A stretch of 64,000 nucleotides of DNA. Origin: Podarcis melisellensis. Lineage: Eukaryota. The position numbers and the translations under genes were made by a program. The notes under the pieces are model-generated. The model worked only from the letters and a program-made list of their open reading frames with translations, was not told the origin of the DNA and ran no database searches. Numbering within the stretch: the first letter of the stretch is position 1; each line of letters begins with the position of its first letter. The stretch is taken from assembly GCA_964234715.1 (NCBI GenBank), contig OZ174279.1. One strand, given 5' to 3'. Below are positions 1 to 13,130 of this stretch, piece by piece.

Positions 1-420
1 TAGTGACCACCTTCAGTCCTGCATTTCCCAGTGATTCATATCCAAACATTTTATCACCATCTCACTGCACAGCTTCTCTCTTGCCAACAAACAGCTTGCT
101 TGCTCGATGTCTTGCTCCTCTCAAAGCCTTCAGCTGAATTATACCTGGGCACTTATTTGGTTGGGCTGTTGTTTTTGGTTATGTGACTCTAGCTCAGGAA
201 GCAGTGTGAGGTCAATCAGTTAGGTCCAGACTTAAGTTAGTGATTTAATGGGGACCTCAGGGCACTTAAATTTCAATGGGAACTATATGCAAATACCATA
301 TTTTTCCGTGTATAACACGCCCCCGTATATAAGACGACCCCTATTTTGGGGGACTCGAAATTAAGGAAATGGGAGGAGATTGCCCGGAGCTCTTAAGCTT
401 TTGGGGGGGGGTTGCCCAGA

Positions 421-728
421 GTTGTAACTCAGTGGCAAAGCATATGGTTTGCATGCAGAAGGTCCCAGGTTTGATCCTCAGTACCTCCAAGCAGCGCCGG
501 GAATGTCTCTGGCCTGAAACCCTGGAGATCAGGTGCCAGTTAGCCAACCTGGTGCCCTCCAGATGTTTTTGGACTACAACTGCATCAGCCTCAGCCTGTA
601 TGGCCAATGATGATGGGAACTGTAAAGCAGAGGGCCCCATGTGGGCTGCCCCAGGTACAGTATAGACAGTACTGAGCCAGACAGACCAGTGACCTGACCC
701 AGCATCAGGCAGCTTCCTACGTTCCTAT
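421..728 (+). mobile_element. Degenerate tRNA-headed SINE with CR1-like tail, interrupted by a short repeat (~545-640)
   Basis: GTAACTCAGTGG…GGTCCCAGGTTTGATCC head; tail GGCAGCTTCCTACGTTCCTA. Confidence 0.55.
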
Positions 729-859
729 GGACACAACTCAATGGATGTTTTGGGTTAGAGGAGAACACAGGGCAAAGGGAAAACCAGCAACCATCCTCAC
801 AGGTTACAAAAGCCTTTGACCAGCTGCAGATTATTATTACAACATAAAATCCAATAAAC

Positions 860-1556
860 CAGCGGTTTTCAACCAGTCCGTCGTGGCACCCTGGGGTGCC
901 TTGAATGATGGTCGGGGTGCTGCGGGCAACACTGGCCTCAATCCCTCTTTCCTTCTATCCCTCCTTGGTTGCCCTCTTGCATCTCTGCCTCCCAAAGGCT
1001 TGCACAGCTGTTTGTTGCAGCAGCCTTGGCTACAAGCTCCTCAGGAGAGTGGTGCCTCTGGGGCTGGCCAGGAGTGCTTCCCAGGCCCCTGTGTGGCAGT
1101 GTGAGGAGGCACTTCTCTTTTGGGGGGAGCGCAGAGACTAGGGGCAGCAGCAGCAGCAGCTGCCCAGAGGTCTCCCAAGGGGAGAAGAGAGGAGAGGAGG
1201 CTGAAGGAACACTCCACAAGGGAGGGTGTTGGAAAAGGGGTGAGGGGTGTCACAGAAAGAGTGTACAGTGGACGTTCGGGTTGCGAACGTGATCCGTGTG
1301 GGAGGCACGTTCGCAACCCACAGCGTCGTGTCTGCACACACGTGGGTCGCGATTCGGCACTTCTTTGCATGCGCAAAGCGCGATTTAGTGCTTCTGTGCC
1401 TGTGCGAGCACCGAAAACTGGAAGTAATCCGTTCCGGTACTTCTGGGTTCGGCATGGTGCGCAACTTGAAAACGCACAACCTGAAGCATTTGTAACCCGA
1501 GGTATGACTGTAGTTGCTCAAGGGAGCTGTGGACTCAAAAAGGTTGGAAACCTCTG
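860..1556. mobile_element. hAT-type non-autonomous element carrying a nested mariner MITE
   Basis: Termini CAGCGGTTTTCAACC / GGTTGGAAACCTCTG; perfect 8-bp TSD caataaac (852-859 / 1557-1564). Confidence 0.85.
1266..1510. mobile_element. Tc1/mariner (Tigger-like) MITE, family A, nested in the hAT element
   Basis: TA|CAGT…ACTG|TA; homologous to 4839-5053. Confidence 0.8.
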
Positions 1557-1602
1557 CAATAAACCACAAAATAATAAAGCTGTTCACAACATAGTAATGC
1601 TC

Positions 1603-1606
<4 letters not shown>

Positions 1607-1650
<44 letters not shown>
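1607..1650. repeat. (CA)n microsatellite
   Basis: Direct reading. Confidence 0.95.
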
Positions 1651-1651
<1 letters not shown>

Positions 1652-2027
1652 CCAATTAGCCCCGTTCATTTAGGCTCACCCGTACTTCCCTCCGTCAAAC
1701 AAAGCTTTGGTACGTGCATTATTTATGACTCGGATCAATGCTGTGCAATCTCAGAACCTTTGAGAGTGCTCAAAGAAACTACAGCAGTTAGCCCCATGGA
1801 TTGCCAATGCTTTTGTGATCTTATGTACTGTGGGCAGAAGACTAGTTTTCCCATCTCCCTTGTGGGATTATCCCTGCAGGGCAGTTACTGGAATGTTTTT
1901 GCGTTTCATTAAATCTTCATTTCATGAATATCCTTGTCTTATTGCTGTGCACCCCAGTGGCTCATAGAAGGATAATTGCAACTAAATCCACCCGTGTGTG
2001 TAATTTTTCACACGAGATGCTATTCAT

Positions 2028-2062
<35 letters not shown>

Positions 2063-4563
2063 ATTTGTGTTGGGGGGAAGGTGCCCCATGAGAAACATCC
2101 TCAACTTGATTGGATAAGGCTTGATTGTGCAGGCCAGATACATCTCTCCTTCCAAGGAGTGCATCAGGCTTCCATAACCAACCAGCTCCTCCCCAATACT
2201 GCAGAAAGCTACCTTTGTTTCCAGTGGGGATTTTCCCCATCCTTTATGACCGCCTTCCCCTCTAGATGTTTTGGATTCCAATTCCAGTCAGCTACAGCCA
2301 GCATGGAGGGATGACAGGAGCTGTAACTCAAAACATCTGGGGAGCACCAGGTTGGGAAAGGCTGCCCTGTGGAATTACTTTGTGGATAAATTCCTTATGA
2401 CACAGGTGGGGCAGCTGTGGCCTTCCATATGTTGTTGTTGGACCACAACTCCCATCATCCCTCGCCATTGTTTGCATTGGTTGGGGCTGATGGGCGTTGG
2501 AACCCAACAACAGCTGCAGTGCCATTGGTTCTCCACCTCTGCTTTATGGTCGTACCTCTCTCTATGAACTGGTGTCATAACCAGTGTCTTTCCCACTGGC
2601 AGAGCACCTCAACATCCATCTTGAATCATGTCGCAAGGCTTAGGTGCAATCTGCCTTAGCAGCAACATGCAGACCAAAAATAGTTGAACAATGTAGAACC
2701 TAATTATATTGTGTCGGTCATTTGGCTCAACAACCAACAGACCCAAAATGTCCAGTAAGAAACTGACTATAATATACCAATGAGAAAGCATTTCCTACTC
2801 AATGAAGAGTTGTGAATAGTTATTTGGATCAGTCACAGAGATGCAATTTATTCACTTCAAGGAATACCTAATACTTATATTGCTTTTTGCTGTATGTTTG
2901 GGCCTGCATGCATCAATACTTTCAGTAATTAACATTTTAATCACATTGGGAGGTGCCTTGCAAAGTTCCCTGACAGAAGCCAGATCGTATCAACGTTTTC
3001 TCATTAATGAGCCTTAGCATAGAGTGGGTTTCAATTCAAGATGGAGCTGAAACTTTGCACTAAAGATACAACTTCATTCCTATTTGCTCGTGTTGTACTT
3101 CTGCTTTATAAAACAAAAAACCCATAATCAATACCATCTTTTCTAATTGGTTTTTGTTACTTTATTAATATACCTAATTCTTCCTTTGAAACACCCAGAG
3201 TTGCCACTAAATTCCCATTCTTGCAGGTACTGAGCATATCCTCAGTTGGAACCCTAAACATATGCCATTGGATGTTAAATTCTAAGCATGTTGCTCAGAA
3301 GTAAGTGTTAATGTCATACACACACAAAAACTTAAATATGTGAGACATTTTAACACCTCAAAATCAACTTGGCCTCTTCTTTGCCATGTCCTTTGGTTGT
3401 TTATTGTTAATACAGCTTTTTTGTGGATTTTAATTGTATTTAAAATTATAGTTCTTGCTTTTAATTTTTGGAAGCCACCTTGGGAGGCTTCTTGTTCTTG
3501 AAGAATGAGGTATAAAATTATTTAGTAAATTAAATAACATAAAGAAAACTTTCCAGTGATTCTACTGAAAGCTAGGTCAGGCCTTTTCAATTACACGTGT
3601 CACTCCTGTGTGTATTTAATTCTTCACATATTCTTCCTTTAACCCTTCAAGAGATATTCCTCTAAGTGCAAGCCCACTTAGCATTTTAAATATAAAAATG
3701 TTTTCCCACATATCAGCTTCATTCTCAACCACAGTTTTTCTACTCCACTGCATTATTTTATATAGTCAAGAGTGTGAATCAATACCACATTACGTTTTAA
3801 ATTAAATCTATAATGACTTTATAGCACAGATCCAAATTGTCATAACAAGGAGCTGCAGGCATGGGTGCCTCTATCTTTTTCGCTTTCTTGTAAAACCATT
3901 CACTACTCCTACAACCATATGTACCGTGTCCATCAATTAAATTAGTATTAATGACAAGCAAGAGACCGTATCAAATTCAAGTTGCCTGCTACGGGGACTG
4001 ACACCAGTGAGTCAGCATCTGCAAGGATGTCTTGCTGCCTCTTTGAGCGCCACTAGCAATAATCTTCTAAATGCTTTCCTTACCTGCCATATTGCTATTT
4101 TCTAACAAAACTCAAGTCAGTTTTGTTGGCACGTATTAACATTTCACCCTCCAGGATTATAGATGGCAGATTTGCTAAAGTTAACTTCAAGAACAGGTGC
4201 CGACCATTTTGAAGATCTTCCTTGAGGGAACTAATAAATCCCTTTCTGAACAGGTGGTAGAATATTTGAATGTTGACCTGCTAATGTTGTTAGCTTCCAA
4301 CTTTCCGCCTTTTTCTTTAGAGGCTGTGATTTTTTAAAAATATTTTGTACTTTCTTTCATGCTTGAGTTGATAATAGTAAATACTTGATTGGCTGATTGA
4401 TCTGTGTGTTTCCTCACCTTCTTTGCACCAGGTACCTCTCAGCTCAGTCAACTACCTGAGGGTCCCTTTGTCTGAAAACATTTGCCAGAAATTAAAAGTG
4501 ACAGTGAGGTTTCATTTTGGAAGGGGAGCAGCTATGGCAAAAAGCTGACTGACTCACCACCTT

Positions 4564-4803
4564 AGAAGAAGAAGAGTTTGGATTTGATATCCCGCTTTAT
4601 CACTACCCGAAGGAGTCTCAAAGCGGCTAACATTCTCCTTTCCCTTCCTCCCCCACAACAAACACCCTGTGAGTGAGGCTGAGAGACTTCAGAGAAGTGT
4701 GACTAGCCCAAGGTCATCCAGCAGCTGCATGTGGAGGAGTGGAGACGCGAACCCGGTTCCCCAGATTACGTGTCTACTGCTCTTAACCACTACACCACAC
4801 TAG
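4564..4803 (-). mobile_element. tRNA-derived SINE, Squam3-like
   Basis: Reverse-complement homologue of 6481-6740; (CTT)n tail; pol III A/B-box head. Confidence 0.8.
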
Positions 4804-4838
4804 CTCTCTTAGATTGACCATCACTCCGAGTAAATGTA

Positions 4839-5053
4839 CAATGGACGCTCGTGTTGCGAACGTGATCCGTGCGGGAGGCACATGTGCAACCTGCAACCCA
4901 CACATCTGCATATGTACGGGTCATGATTCGGCACTTCTGCGCATGCGCAAGTGCCAAAACCTGGAAGTAACCTGTTCCGTTACTTCCGGGTTTGGTGCGG
5001 TGCGCGACCTGAAATTGCGCAACCTGAAGCGTCTGTAACCCAAGGTATGACTG
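4839..5053. mobile_element. Tc1/mariner MITE, family A
   Basis: TA TSD; high similarity to 1266-1510. Confidence 0.8.
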
Positions 5054-5497
5054 TACACTGCTTGAAGTTTGTTTGGTTTTTTAAAACCAATGTTTGCACA
5101 ATTAATGAAAATCCAAAGGAGCTGCTAAGTTTTTGCCAAGTGACCTAGTGAATGTGCCATCAGAAGATGCCCACGAAAAAGAGATGGTGTGACTCGCACT
5201 TTCATTTTTTCACTATCCCCAGTGCTGAAAAATCAGTGGGCTGAGAGAGTTGCTTCTTGGTTAGCAATGCAACAACTCCACCTGCTGGATGTCCAGCCAG
5301 AGTGAATAAAGAGTTCATAAACCACAACATCATAGATATAACTATGAGTGTTGATCTCATGAGGCCCAGTTAATGATCTGGGCTCAACTGATGCAAAAGC
5401 ATTGTTGACGCTAAGCAAATCAGTTCCTTGGATAGGATTACAGGTGTAACAAATAATTATTTGCAAGAGTTGGTCTCATCCTCCATTATATCCCTTA

Positions 5498-5855
5498 AAG
5501 GTAAAGGTAAAGGGACCCCTGACCGTTAGGTCCAGTCGCAGATGACTCTGAGGTTGCGATGCTCATCTCACTTTACTGGCCGAGGGAGCCGACGTACAGC
5601 TTCCGGGTCATGTGGCCAGCATGACTAAGCCACTTCTGGCGAACCAGAGCAGCACACAGAAACGCCGTTTACCTTCCCGCTGGAGTGGTACCTATTTATC
5701 TACTTGCACTTTGATGTGCTTTCAAACTGCTAGGTTGGCAGGAGCAGGGACTGACCAACGGGAGCTCGCCCTGTCGCGGGGATTCGAACCACTGACCTTC
5801 TGACCGGCAAGCCCTAGGCTCTGTGGTTTAACCCACAGCACCACCTGCGTCCCTT
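5498..5855 (-). mobile_element. Sauria SINE, full length
   Basis: GGGACGCAGGTGG head and (ACCTTT)n tail on the minus strand; 13-bp TSD attatatccctta (5485-5497 / 5856-5868). Confidence 0.9.
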
Positions 5856-5921
5856 ATTATATCCCTTAGTAACGTGATTTAACAAATGCAATTAATACCC
5901 AGCCTGCATGTTTAATATATA

Positions 5922-6022
5922 CAGTGGTACCTCGGGTTAAGTACTTAATTCGTTCCAGAGGTCTGTTCTTAACCTGAAACTGTTCTTAACCTGAAGCACC
6001 ACTTTAGCTAATGGGGCCTCCT
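5922..6022. mobile_element. Tc1/mariner MITE, family B, truncated
   Basis: TA|CAGTGGTACCTCGGGTTAAG…; only one end present. Confidence 0.75.
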
Positions 6023-6480
6023 GGGCACACGTAATGAGTAAAAAACCCATCCCTAGGAGGCCTGGTAAAGGAAGCTACGCAAAAGCTCTTCGCTCCCCTA
6101 CTCTCTTTTAAGCTAACAAATGTGCAAGTAAACTAGTGAAAAGGTGGCTTAGTAACTTATATCAGACTTGGAAACTTATGCAGAGCGGTAAAGATGAGAT
6201 TAGCTATTACATTTCTATCCTGTAACTGAAAAATGAATTGATGGATTTATTTTTACTTCCTATCTTCTTAAATTCCTTTGTCATTTCAGCATTTGCCAGT
6301 GGAATTCTGAGAATTTGTCAATCACAGCCTCCCTGTAATATTGATCAACCTCACAAGGTATTGTAAGAGGGGAGAAACATGATAAAGTATATTTTATAGC
6401 CAGAGCACCATAGGAATTGTAACAGTGATTGATCCAAACATCAGACCAAGAGTTGTGTTTCTTCACCTTCTCCTCCTCCT

Positions 6481-6740
6481 CCAGTGTGGTGTAGTGGTTA
6501 AGAGCGGTAGTCTCGTAATCTGGGGAACCGGGTTCGCGTCTCCGCTCCTCCACATACAGCTGCTGGGTGACCTTGGGTCAGTCACACTTCTCTGAAGTCT
6601 CTCAGCCCCACTCACCTCACGGAGTGTTTCTTGTGGGGGAGGAAGGGAAAGGAGATTGTTAGCCGCTTTGAGACTCCTTAAAGGGAGTGAAAAGTGGGAT
6701 ATCAAATCCAAACTCCTCCTCCTCCTCCTCTTCTTCTTCT
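6481..6740 (+). mobile_element. tRNA-derived SINE, Squam3-like
   Basis: Head GTGGTGTAGTGGTTAAGAGC…GGGTTCG (A and B boxes), body, then GATATCAAATCCAAAC and (CTC/CTT)n tail. Confidence 0.8.
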
Positions 6741-7061
6741 CCTTTGAGCACTACTTGAATCATTATTCAAAGGTCAATTGAATAAAAAAATAGAACACAA
6801 CTTTTAAAAGAGAAATCAGGGCTGCAAGTAGAGGGTTACACTCTCATCTTCTAAGGTTGAACCATCCCAAATTGGATAGAGTGGAGAATGTAATATGTGC
6901 TAAAACAGTAAGTTTGTGTATATTGGTTTAGAGTAGCAATGCATCTGATGGATGTGTGTTGACCATGTAATGGTGAGCTTGAATGAAACTGAACATTCTT
7001 AGCTGCAGCTAGATCAAGTTGTGTTTATTGCTGTACAGAGGACTGGGAATTTAACTGCATT

Positions 7062-7215
7062 ATAGAATCAAAGAATTATAGAGTTGGAAGGGACCCCAAG
7101 GGTCATCTAGTCCAACTCCCTGAAATGCAGGAATCTCAACTTGATCATATATGACACATGGCCCTCCAACCTCTGCTTAAAAACCTCCAAGTAAGGAGAG
7201 TCCACCACCTCTCAT
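7062..7215 (-). mobile_element. CR1 LINE 3' end fragment
   Basis: ATAGAATC…AGAGTTGGAAGGGACCCCAAGGGTCATCTAGTCCAAC, the typical CR1 3' terminus in reverse orientation. Confidence 0.7.
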
Positions 7216-7775
7216 TGTCAAGCAGTCGATTCATTTAATGATTTGATTGATTCAAGTATTGTGGTTGTGAAGTGGATTCCCCCCCCTTAATTGTCAATCA
7301 TGTTATTTTAAAAATGGCCTCTATACTTTTTAGGTGATGTTCATTTGTAACATTTTACTTCCTGGTATATTTTGTTTAGTTGTTTACTATGGCTACTATG
7401 ACTTTTCCATATATTTTTGAGGCTGATTGTTACATGTTTTACTTTGATACTAAAGAGGTCTTTCTATTTAGTAGTTTATTGTGCTTTATATAATGAAGAA
7501 ATTCTGTTTGTTTTTATATTCATTGTTTACATAGTTTTAAACAGCTTAGAGTAGCACTAGGGTGTATGAACTTGTTGTTGCTGTGATTCTCTCTGCTTTG
7601 AAACAATTATCTTGTTTTTATACACGTTTCACTTCCTGCTCTGTCGAATTCTAGTTTTAGAGGAACTGTGGATTTGAATTCATTTTATTTTCTATGTCAC
7701 CTGGAGAACTGGCACTGATGGGCAACTGATAAGTGTATTACTTTGGCTTTCCTCTGAAATATTTCTTTCACTTAC

Positions 7776-7857
7776 CAAGCGAATCTGCTTTGTTTTCAAC
7801 CGTTTCATTCACTTTTCTGGCTACTCTGGCAACTGCTTCTCCCATCTTTTTCTCCAT
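7776..7857 (-). CDS. LRRC20: LRRC20 first coding exon (MEKKMGEAVARVARKVNETVENKADSL+1 nt); rest of the gene not found, probably left of the window
   Basis: Minus-strand translation nearly identical to the human LRRC20 N-terminus as I recall it (MLKKMGEAVARVARKVNETVESGSDTL). 82 coding nt end at a GTAAGT donor (GT at 7775-7774). Polypyrimidine ttttag acceptor puts the exon start at 7894. Synteny with EIF4EBP2 fits. Confidence 0.95.
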
Positions 7858-8449
7858 GCAGTCACGTCCCACCAAGAAAACACTTTGGAAGTTGCTAAAA
7901 CAAACAAACAACAGATTCCATTGGACTAGTACTTCATAAGGGTTTTCAAAACATTTTTTAAAGACAGACAAATAGCACTAAAACCAACATGCAGCTAAAA
8001 TTCAGCATCGACCACAACTGCCAGGATGCCCCCGCCCCCAAGAATCTTTACCAAGAGACAACATAACTGGGACAATTCTAAGAAAATATTGTCCCTTAGT
8101 CCCCTTTCCTTCTTTGCAACTGGTGTTGCCTGAGACATGCAATGAGTTCAAGAGGCAAATACATCTTGCAGTGCAGAAGCTGGCCAGTAGATGCAAATTT
8201 ATGCTGTGGGAAAGATACACGTGGACGTAAAAGGGCTAAGCCTCTGATTGTAGAAGTTACGGCTCTTCGTCAGCAGCCTGCAGGAAAGTTGGGAGTCATT
8301 TTCTTTTATTTTGTAGGTAACATATTAAAAGTGGATCTCTGTCATCTTTCAGTTTATCTCACCATCAAACATCTGAGTAAGAGGGGGAGTGAAATACTAC
8401 CAAATCCTTGTGAATTATTTCCGTGTACTTCTAGCTATCAAAGAAACTA

Positions 8450-8675
8450 CAGTGGTACCTCAGGTTCAGTACTTAATTTGTTCTGGAGGTCCGTTCTTTA
8501 CCTGAAACTGTTCTTAACCTGAGGTACCACTTTAGCTAATGGGGCCTCCTGCTGCCGATGAACTGCGGGAGCATGATTTCTGTTCTCATCCTGAAGCAAA
8601 GTTCTTAACCCGAGGTACTATTTCTGGGTTAGCAGAGTCTGTAACCTGAAGCGTATGTAACCCGAGGTACCACTG
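8450..8675. mobile_element. Tc1/mariner MITE, family B
   Basis: TIRs CAGTGGTACCTC / GAGGTACCACTG, TA TSD; six copies in the window. Confidence 0.9.
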
Positions 8676-11458
8676 TAGATAATTTATAACAAGGAAGGCT
8701 CTATCAGTCCCAAACAAAAAAGCAGGTTAAACTAGAAGACTACAGATATTATTTGTTCATTGTCAGGGATACAAACAGTTTACCCTAACAGTATTTCTGA
8801 AATCTGAAGCATACATATGGGAAGGAAATCCAACTGAAATCAATAGGCTTGCATCTGGTACCCCACCACTGAACGATATAAAACTATTTGTGTGAATCCC
8901 AGTGGGTGAATTTAAAATGGCATAAGATGAAATAAGGAAAAGAGGAGAAATACCTCCCTTTCCATATGAAAAGTTAGAAGAAGGTCCCATGCAGTTTGGC
9001 ATTAAAGACAGAACCCAAATCAGAAAATATTCAAGGCTACAGAGGCAATTGACCTAGGAAAGGACTAACTTTAGACATACTCAAAGCAAAGCAACTTTTC
9101 CACTGTTATCAATGGGCCAACTCCAAGTTGCATATTGCCCATTATTATTTCCACAGACATTATTAAATTGGAAGACTAAAAAGACACTCAAGAGACATTA
9201 AAACAGGCACCAGGCAGGCCTCTTTAGGGTGGGTGTTCTACAATGGAGGGGCCACTGTTGAGAAGGCCCTTACAGACTCTGCTAAGCCAGAAATAGGAAT
9301 ATAGTCACTATTAGCTGTCCGGGTAAAAATTACACATGTATTACCAGCAATTTCTGGAGCAATCTGATTACTTACACGCTGGTCAGACTCCGGCCCGTCT
9401 ATGTGGTCTGGTCCAATGTTTACTGCCCAATGCTCAGCATATTCCAGTCTACAATTGTTAGCGTGTTCTGCTGGAGTTTTAAGTTAGTAAAGATACATGC
9501 AAAGAAATACTGAGAGGTTTTTCTAGCCACCGCAGAAGCAGCCCAGCAGCTTGGTCCTATATTTAGTTGACAGAATAGCAAAATTAAAATGCTGGACCAG
9601 TGGTGGAAAACCAATCTGCTGAGCTGAGGGACACTGCCAAACAAGTAATACTAAACCTGTCTGGGACTGGGGGTTATTTATGCCTTGAACAAATCTCAGA
9701 GTACAGTACAAAGCTAGGAGTATAACACAGCCTCCATCTGCCAACCACAACTGTGTTGGAGCGGAGAACACACAAGCTCAACGCCACCATGCACAGCAGC
9801 CCGTAACTGATTGTATTCAACCAGCATGTATGCCACAAGCTTCTACATACTGGCATAGTAGCTAAATCTTGTTGATTTCAAAGGGAACTTAATTCTAAGC
9901 AAGCATGCCTAGGACAGCAGCCTTTTAAAGTTATCCACAACGTTTGAAAAAGCTTACAATTTGTGAGTGCTGCATTATTTTTCTATGGTTGAAGATGACT
10001 ACATATAGTAGCCTATATGATTTCTATGGTTGAAGATGACTACATATAGGGCGGTTTTTCAATATATCATTTTAAATCAGTTATGAAGTCCACAGCACGG
10101 TAACCGTTTCATAAAATGTTATCTGGCAAACATCACGATTTTGAGACAACTGTGTAGCCAGCGAGTGATTCCTCTGTTTCTTTTCATTCTGCAGCCCTTC
10201 CTTACCCCCATGAAAGAAGAAACTGAGGTTGTTTTCTACCGAGTAAGAACAAAAAACGTCGCCCTGTTATTTAACTCTTTTTCTTTACTCCCATCTCCCT
10301 ATTCTGCCTGTGTGTGCACGGGAGAAGTCTTTCTCTCCCCCTGTAATGACTTTACTGCCATTTTAATTAATATTTTTTACAAAATCTACTACTTTTGTAA
10401 ATTTTAAATTTGCCCCTAAAACTGCATAGAACATTAATATATTCTCCAGAAATCTTCAGTTGAAGCATGCTATCATTAATTTTCCTATAATTATATGCAT
10501 CAAATTTAGATTTTGTTGTTGTTGTTCAACATTTTCCCTGATTAGTTGCATTCACTGTGACTCATCACTGTATTTTGGATTATCCTGGACCTGAATACCA
10601 CCATTTGGTATCCAAGCCCCCAAGCAAAGTCCTGTTTGGATGCGTTTTGGCTCGCCTGCTGATGATTTCATCAGTGTGTGGTGATTTAGACCTGCCACTT
10701 AGTAGCAGATGCCAGGACATTACCATGTTCGCCTCTACGTAGCTCCATCTTCTTTCAGATATTGTGCTACATCGGTATATCGTGATGTTTAGCTGGTGCT
10801 ATATCATGATATTGAAAACCAGATATCGCCCAGCCCTAACATACAGTACTTTGCAACCTGCCATTCTCATATTCCAAGGTCACATTTCTCTCACACTTAG
10901 CCTGGATTCTGGGCAAGGACTTCTGCCTTTTACTCTCTCGCTCCACCACTAGGCTTGTAGCTGTTTTTAATCATTCCCCACCCCACTAAATATTTTCCAG
11001 TCTGGTATAACACTGCCCTCCACAATTATGTGAGGATTGTTGAGTACAGGCTCTGCACACCAACACACAAAACAGGCACTTCCCCCAAAATGTTACTTTC
11101 ACAAGCCAACAACCCAATCTTGTTGTTTTTCTTAAAAAATGTTTAGGGGTACTCTCATTTTGACTCAAGAAAAATCACCATTTTATAGTTCAAAGCAGGA
11201 AAAATAAATACAGTAAATGGACAAAAGTACAAAGATTCGCAACATGTTTAGGGGTATGCGTCCCCGTGTCCCCCCAGAAAAAAAACACTGCAACAACCAA
11301 ACAGAACTGACCTGCTGAGGATGTGTCAGGTTGAGGGGACCCAAGCTAAGGCTGTGTGCACGTCACGCATTGAAAGCACATCTTTTTCCACACACAACCC
11401 AAATGCGGAGTAGTTTGCCCCTCACAGAGCTACAATTCCCAGAAGCCTTTAAAACAAA

Positions 11459-11461
<3 letters not shown>

Positions 11462-11492
<31 letters not shown>
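11462..11492. repeat. (CA)n microsatellite
   Basis: Direct reading. Confidence 0.95.
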
Positions 11493-11495
<3 letters not shown>

Positions 11496-11989
11496 CAGTT
11501 CCATTAAATTTGCTCCATTTGTTTAAAATGGGAGGGGAGGGGATCAATAAAAATGAATGGGTAACAAAACCAAAGCAAACCAAAAAAACTACAGTTCCCA
11601 GGATTCTTTAGGGGAAATTAATGTTTTAAAGAGATATCATCGTGCCTGCAGTCGAGCCTTCACCGAGAAGGCATTTTGGAGCCACTGCCTAGTGAACAAG
11701 CTATAAATCTAACTTGAAACTGGAGACAACACGGAAAACAGAACCTCAATCTTGTTCCATGAGAAGATTCCCTCCACCAGTTTTTTTGGTTTAAAACCCT
11801 TCATTTCCTTGGGCGGGGGAAAGATATCCCTTCATTCTAAGAACAGCAGAGGCAGCTGCAAAACAGAGAGACAGAAAAGGCATCCCATAACACACCCATG
11901 TTGTGTTTAACAGGGGTTTCCACTCAAGGCCTGTTAAAGGAAATGAGGCCTTGAACTACAACTCCCATCAGCCCACCCTGCCGCGGCAG

Positions 11990-12560
11990 ATAGCTAGGGA
12001 CGATGGGAGCGGTGGTTCAGGGTCGCACCAGGGACCCTCTCTTTCGCGTCCTCCGCTCTGCAGCTGAATGGCAGCCGGAAGTGGGAGCTGTGCGCCGCGC
12101 TCGGTTCCTTCCCCACGAGCCGCGGAGCCTCCTGCGCTCCTTCGCCGCCGCCGCCCCAAGCTCCGCTTTGCTGGTTGGCAGATGCGCCTCTTACCGGAAA
12201 GCTAAGGCGAGCTGGTCCTTTGCACGCCGCCGCTGCAGCTCCACGCACCTGCGGGGCAGACCATGGTGAAGAGCAGCAACAGCTGCCTCTCCCCTTCCAG
12301 GAGGGATGGAGGAAATCCAACACAAGGGAGCCGGAGGGGGAAGCGGCGGCAGAGCAAAGGAGAGCCAATCGGTGCAGGAGCCGATGCAAGGGGGCCTGCG
12401 AGCCTGCAGGGGAAAAGGGAGCAGGCACCTAATTCCCTCCCCGTGAGAGAGCGCCCTCCCCTGTTGCAAGGAAGGGACCCCGCGCAGCCTAGTGCCGGGA
12501 GCGACCGGCCAACTTTAGACTGCCGCCGCGGAATACCGTGGTCGCATTTTGATTCAGTCC
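11990..12560 (-). promoter_or_regulatory. LRRC20: CpG island, probable LRRC20 promoter and non-coding exon 1 (candidate donor CCG|GTAAGA, exon end 12195)
   Basis: CpG-dense stretch 4 kb upstream of the first coding exon; ETS motif CCGGAAGT (~12075) and CCAAT (~12365); strong minus-strand donor at 12194-12189. Confidence 0.7.
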
Positions 12561-12829
12561 TCCGGTTAGAAAGCTATCCGATCAGAGAAAGAGCTTGAAT
12601 GCTACTCCTTTGCGCGTTAGGAGATTTAGTGTGCGTGAGGAACAAACTCAGTAGCCCACCTTGCATGTTGGTTTGTTTTACTATTCGTGTTTATAGCCCA
12701 GCCCACCCTTCGCCATCAGGTCTCAGGGTGGGTTACAAAAGCAAAGTAAATGCAGTTTATAGGAGAGTTATAAAGAAAACGGCTCTGGACTGCAGTACCT
12801 CAAGGGCGGCCTCTTCACCCAGACCCTGC

Positions 12830-13130
12830 GATCATCATCTGAGGCCCTTCTTCATGTGCCTTCTCCACAAGAAGCCCAGAGGACAGCAAAACAAGAACAG
12901 GCCTCCTCTGTGTTGGCTCCCCAGTTGTGGAATTCTCTCCCCAGGGAGACTCGCCTAGTGCCTTCATACTTTAGGCTCCAGGCGTAAACATTCCTCTTCT
13001 CTCTGGCCTTTGACTAATTAAACAATTGGGTGACCTTTTCAACTGGGTGTGGGTGTTACCGCTTAGTTTACTATGTTATGTATTATTTTGTGTTCATACT
13101 GTAATCTGCCCTGAAGGGCATTGTAGGAAT
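12830..13130 (+). mobile_element. L2-like LINE 3' fragment
   Basis: GGCCTCCTCTGTGTTGGCTCCCCAGTTGTGGAATTCTCTCCCC resembles the RAFSxxAPxLWNSLP ORF2 end; AT-rich tail. Confidence 0.55.

Noticed and set aside
4084-4323. Exon-like minus-strand segment (AG…CAG|GTAAG) as LRRC20 exon 3
   Set aside because: All three frames contain stops and none resembles the LRR sequence.
9980-10049. Small local tandem duplications (also ~34752-34825, ~38721-38763, ~56074-56213)
   Set aside because: Ordinary two-copy slippage duplications with no further structure.
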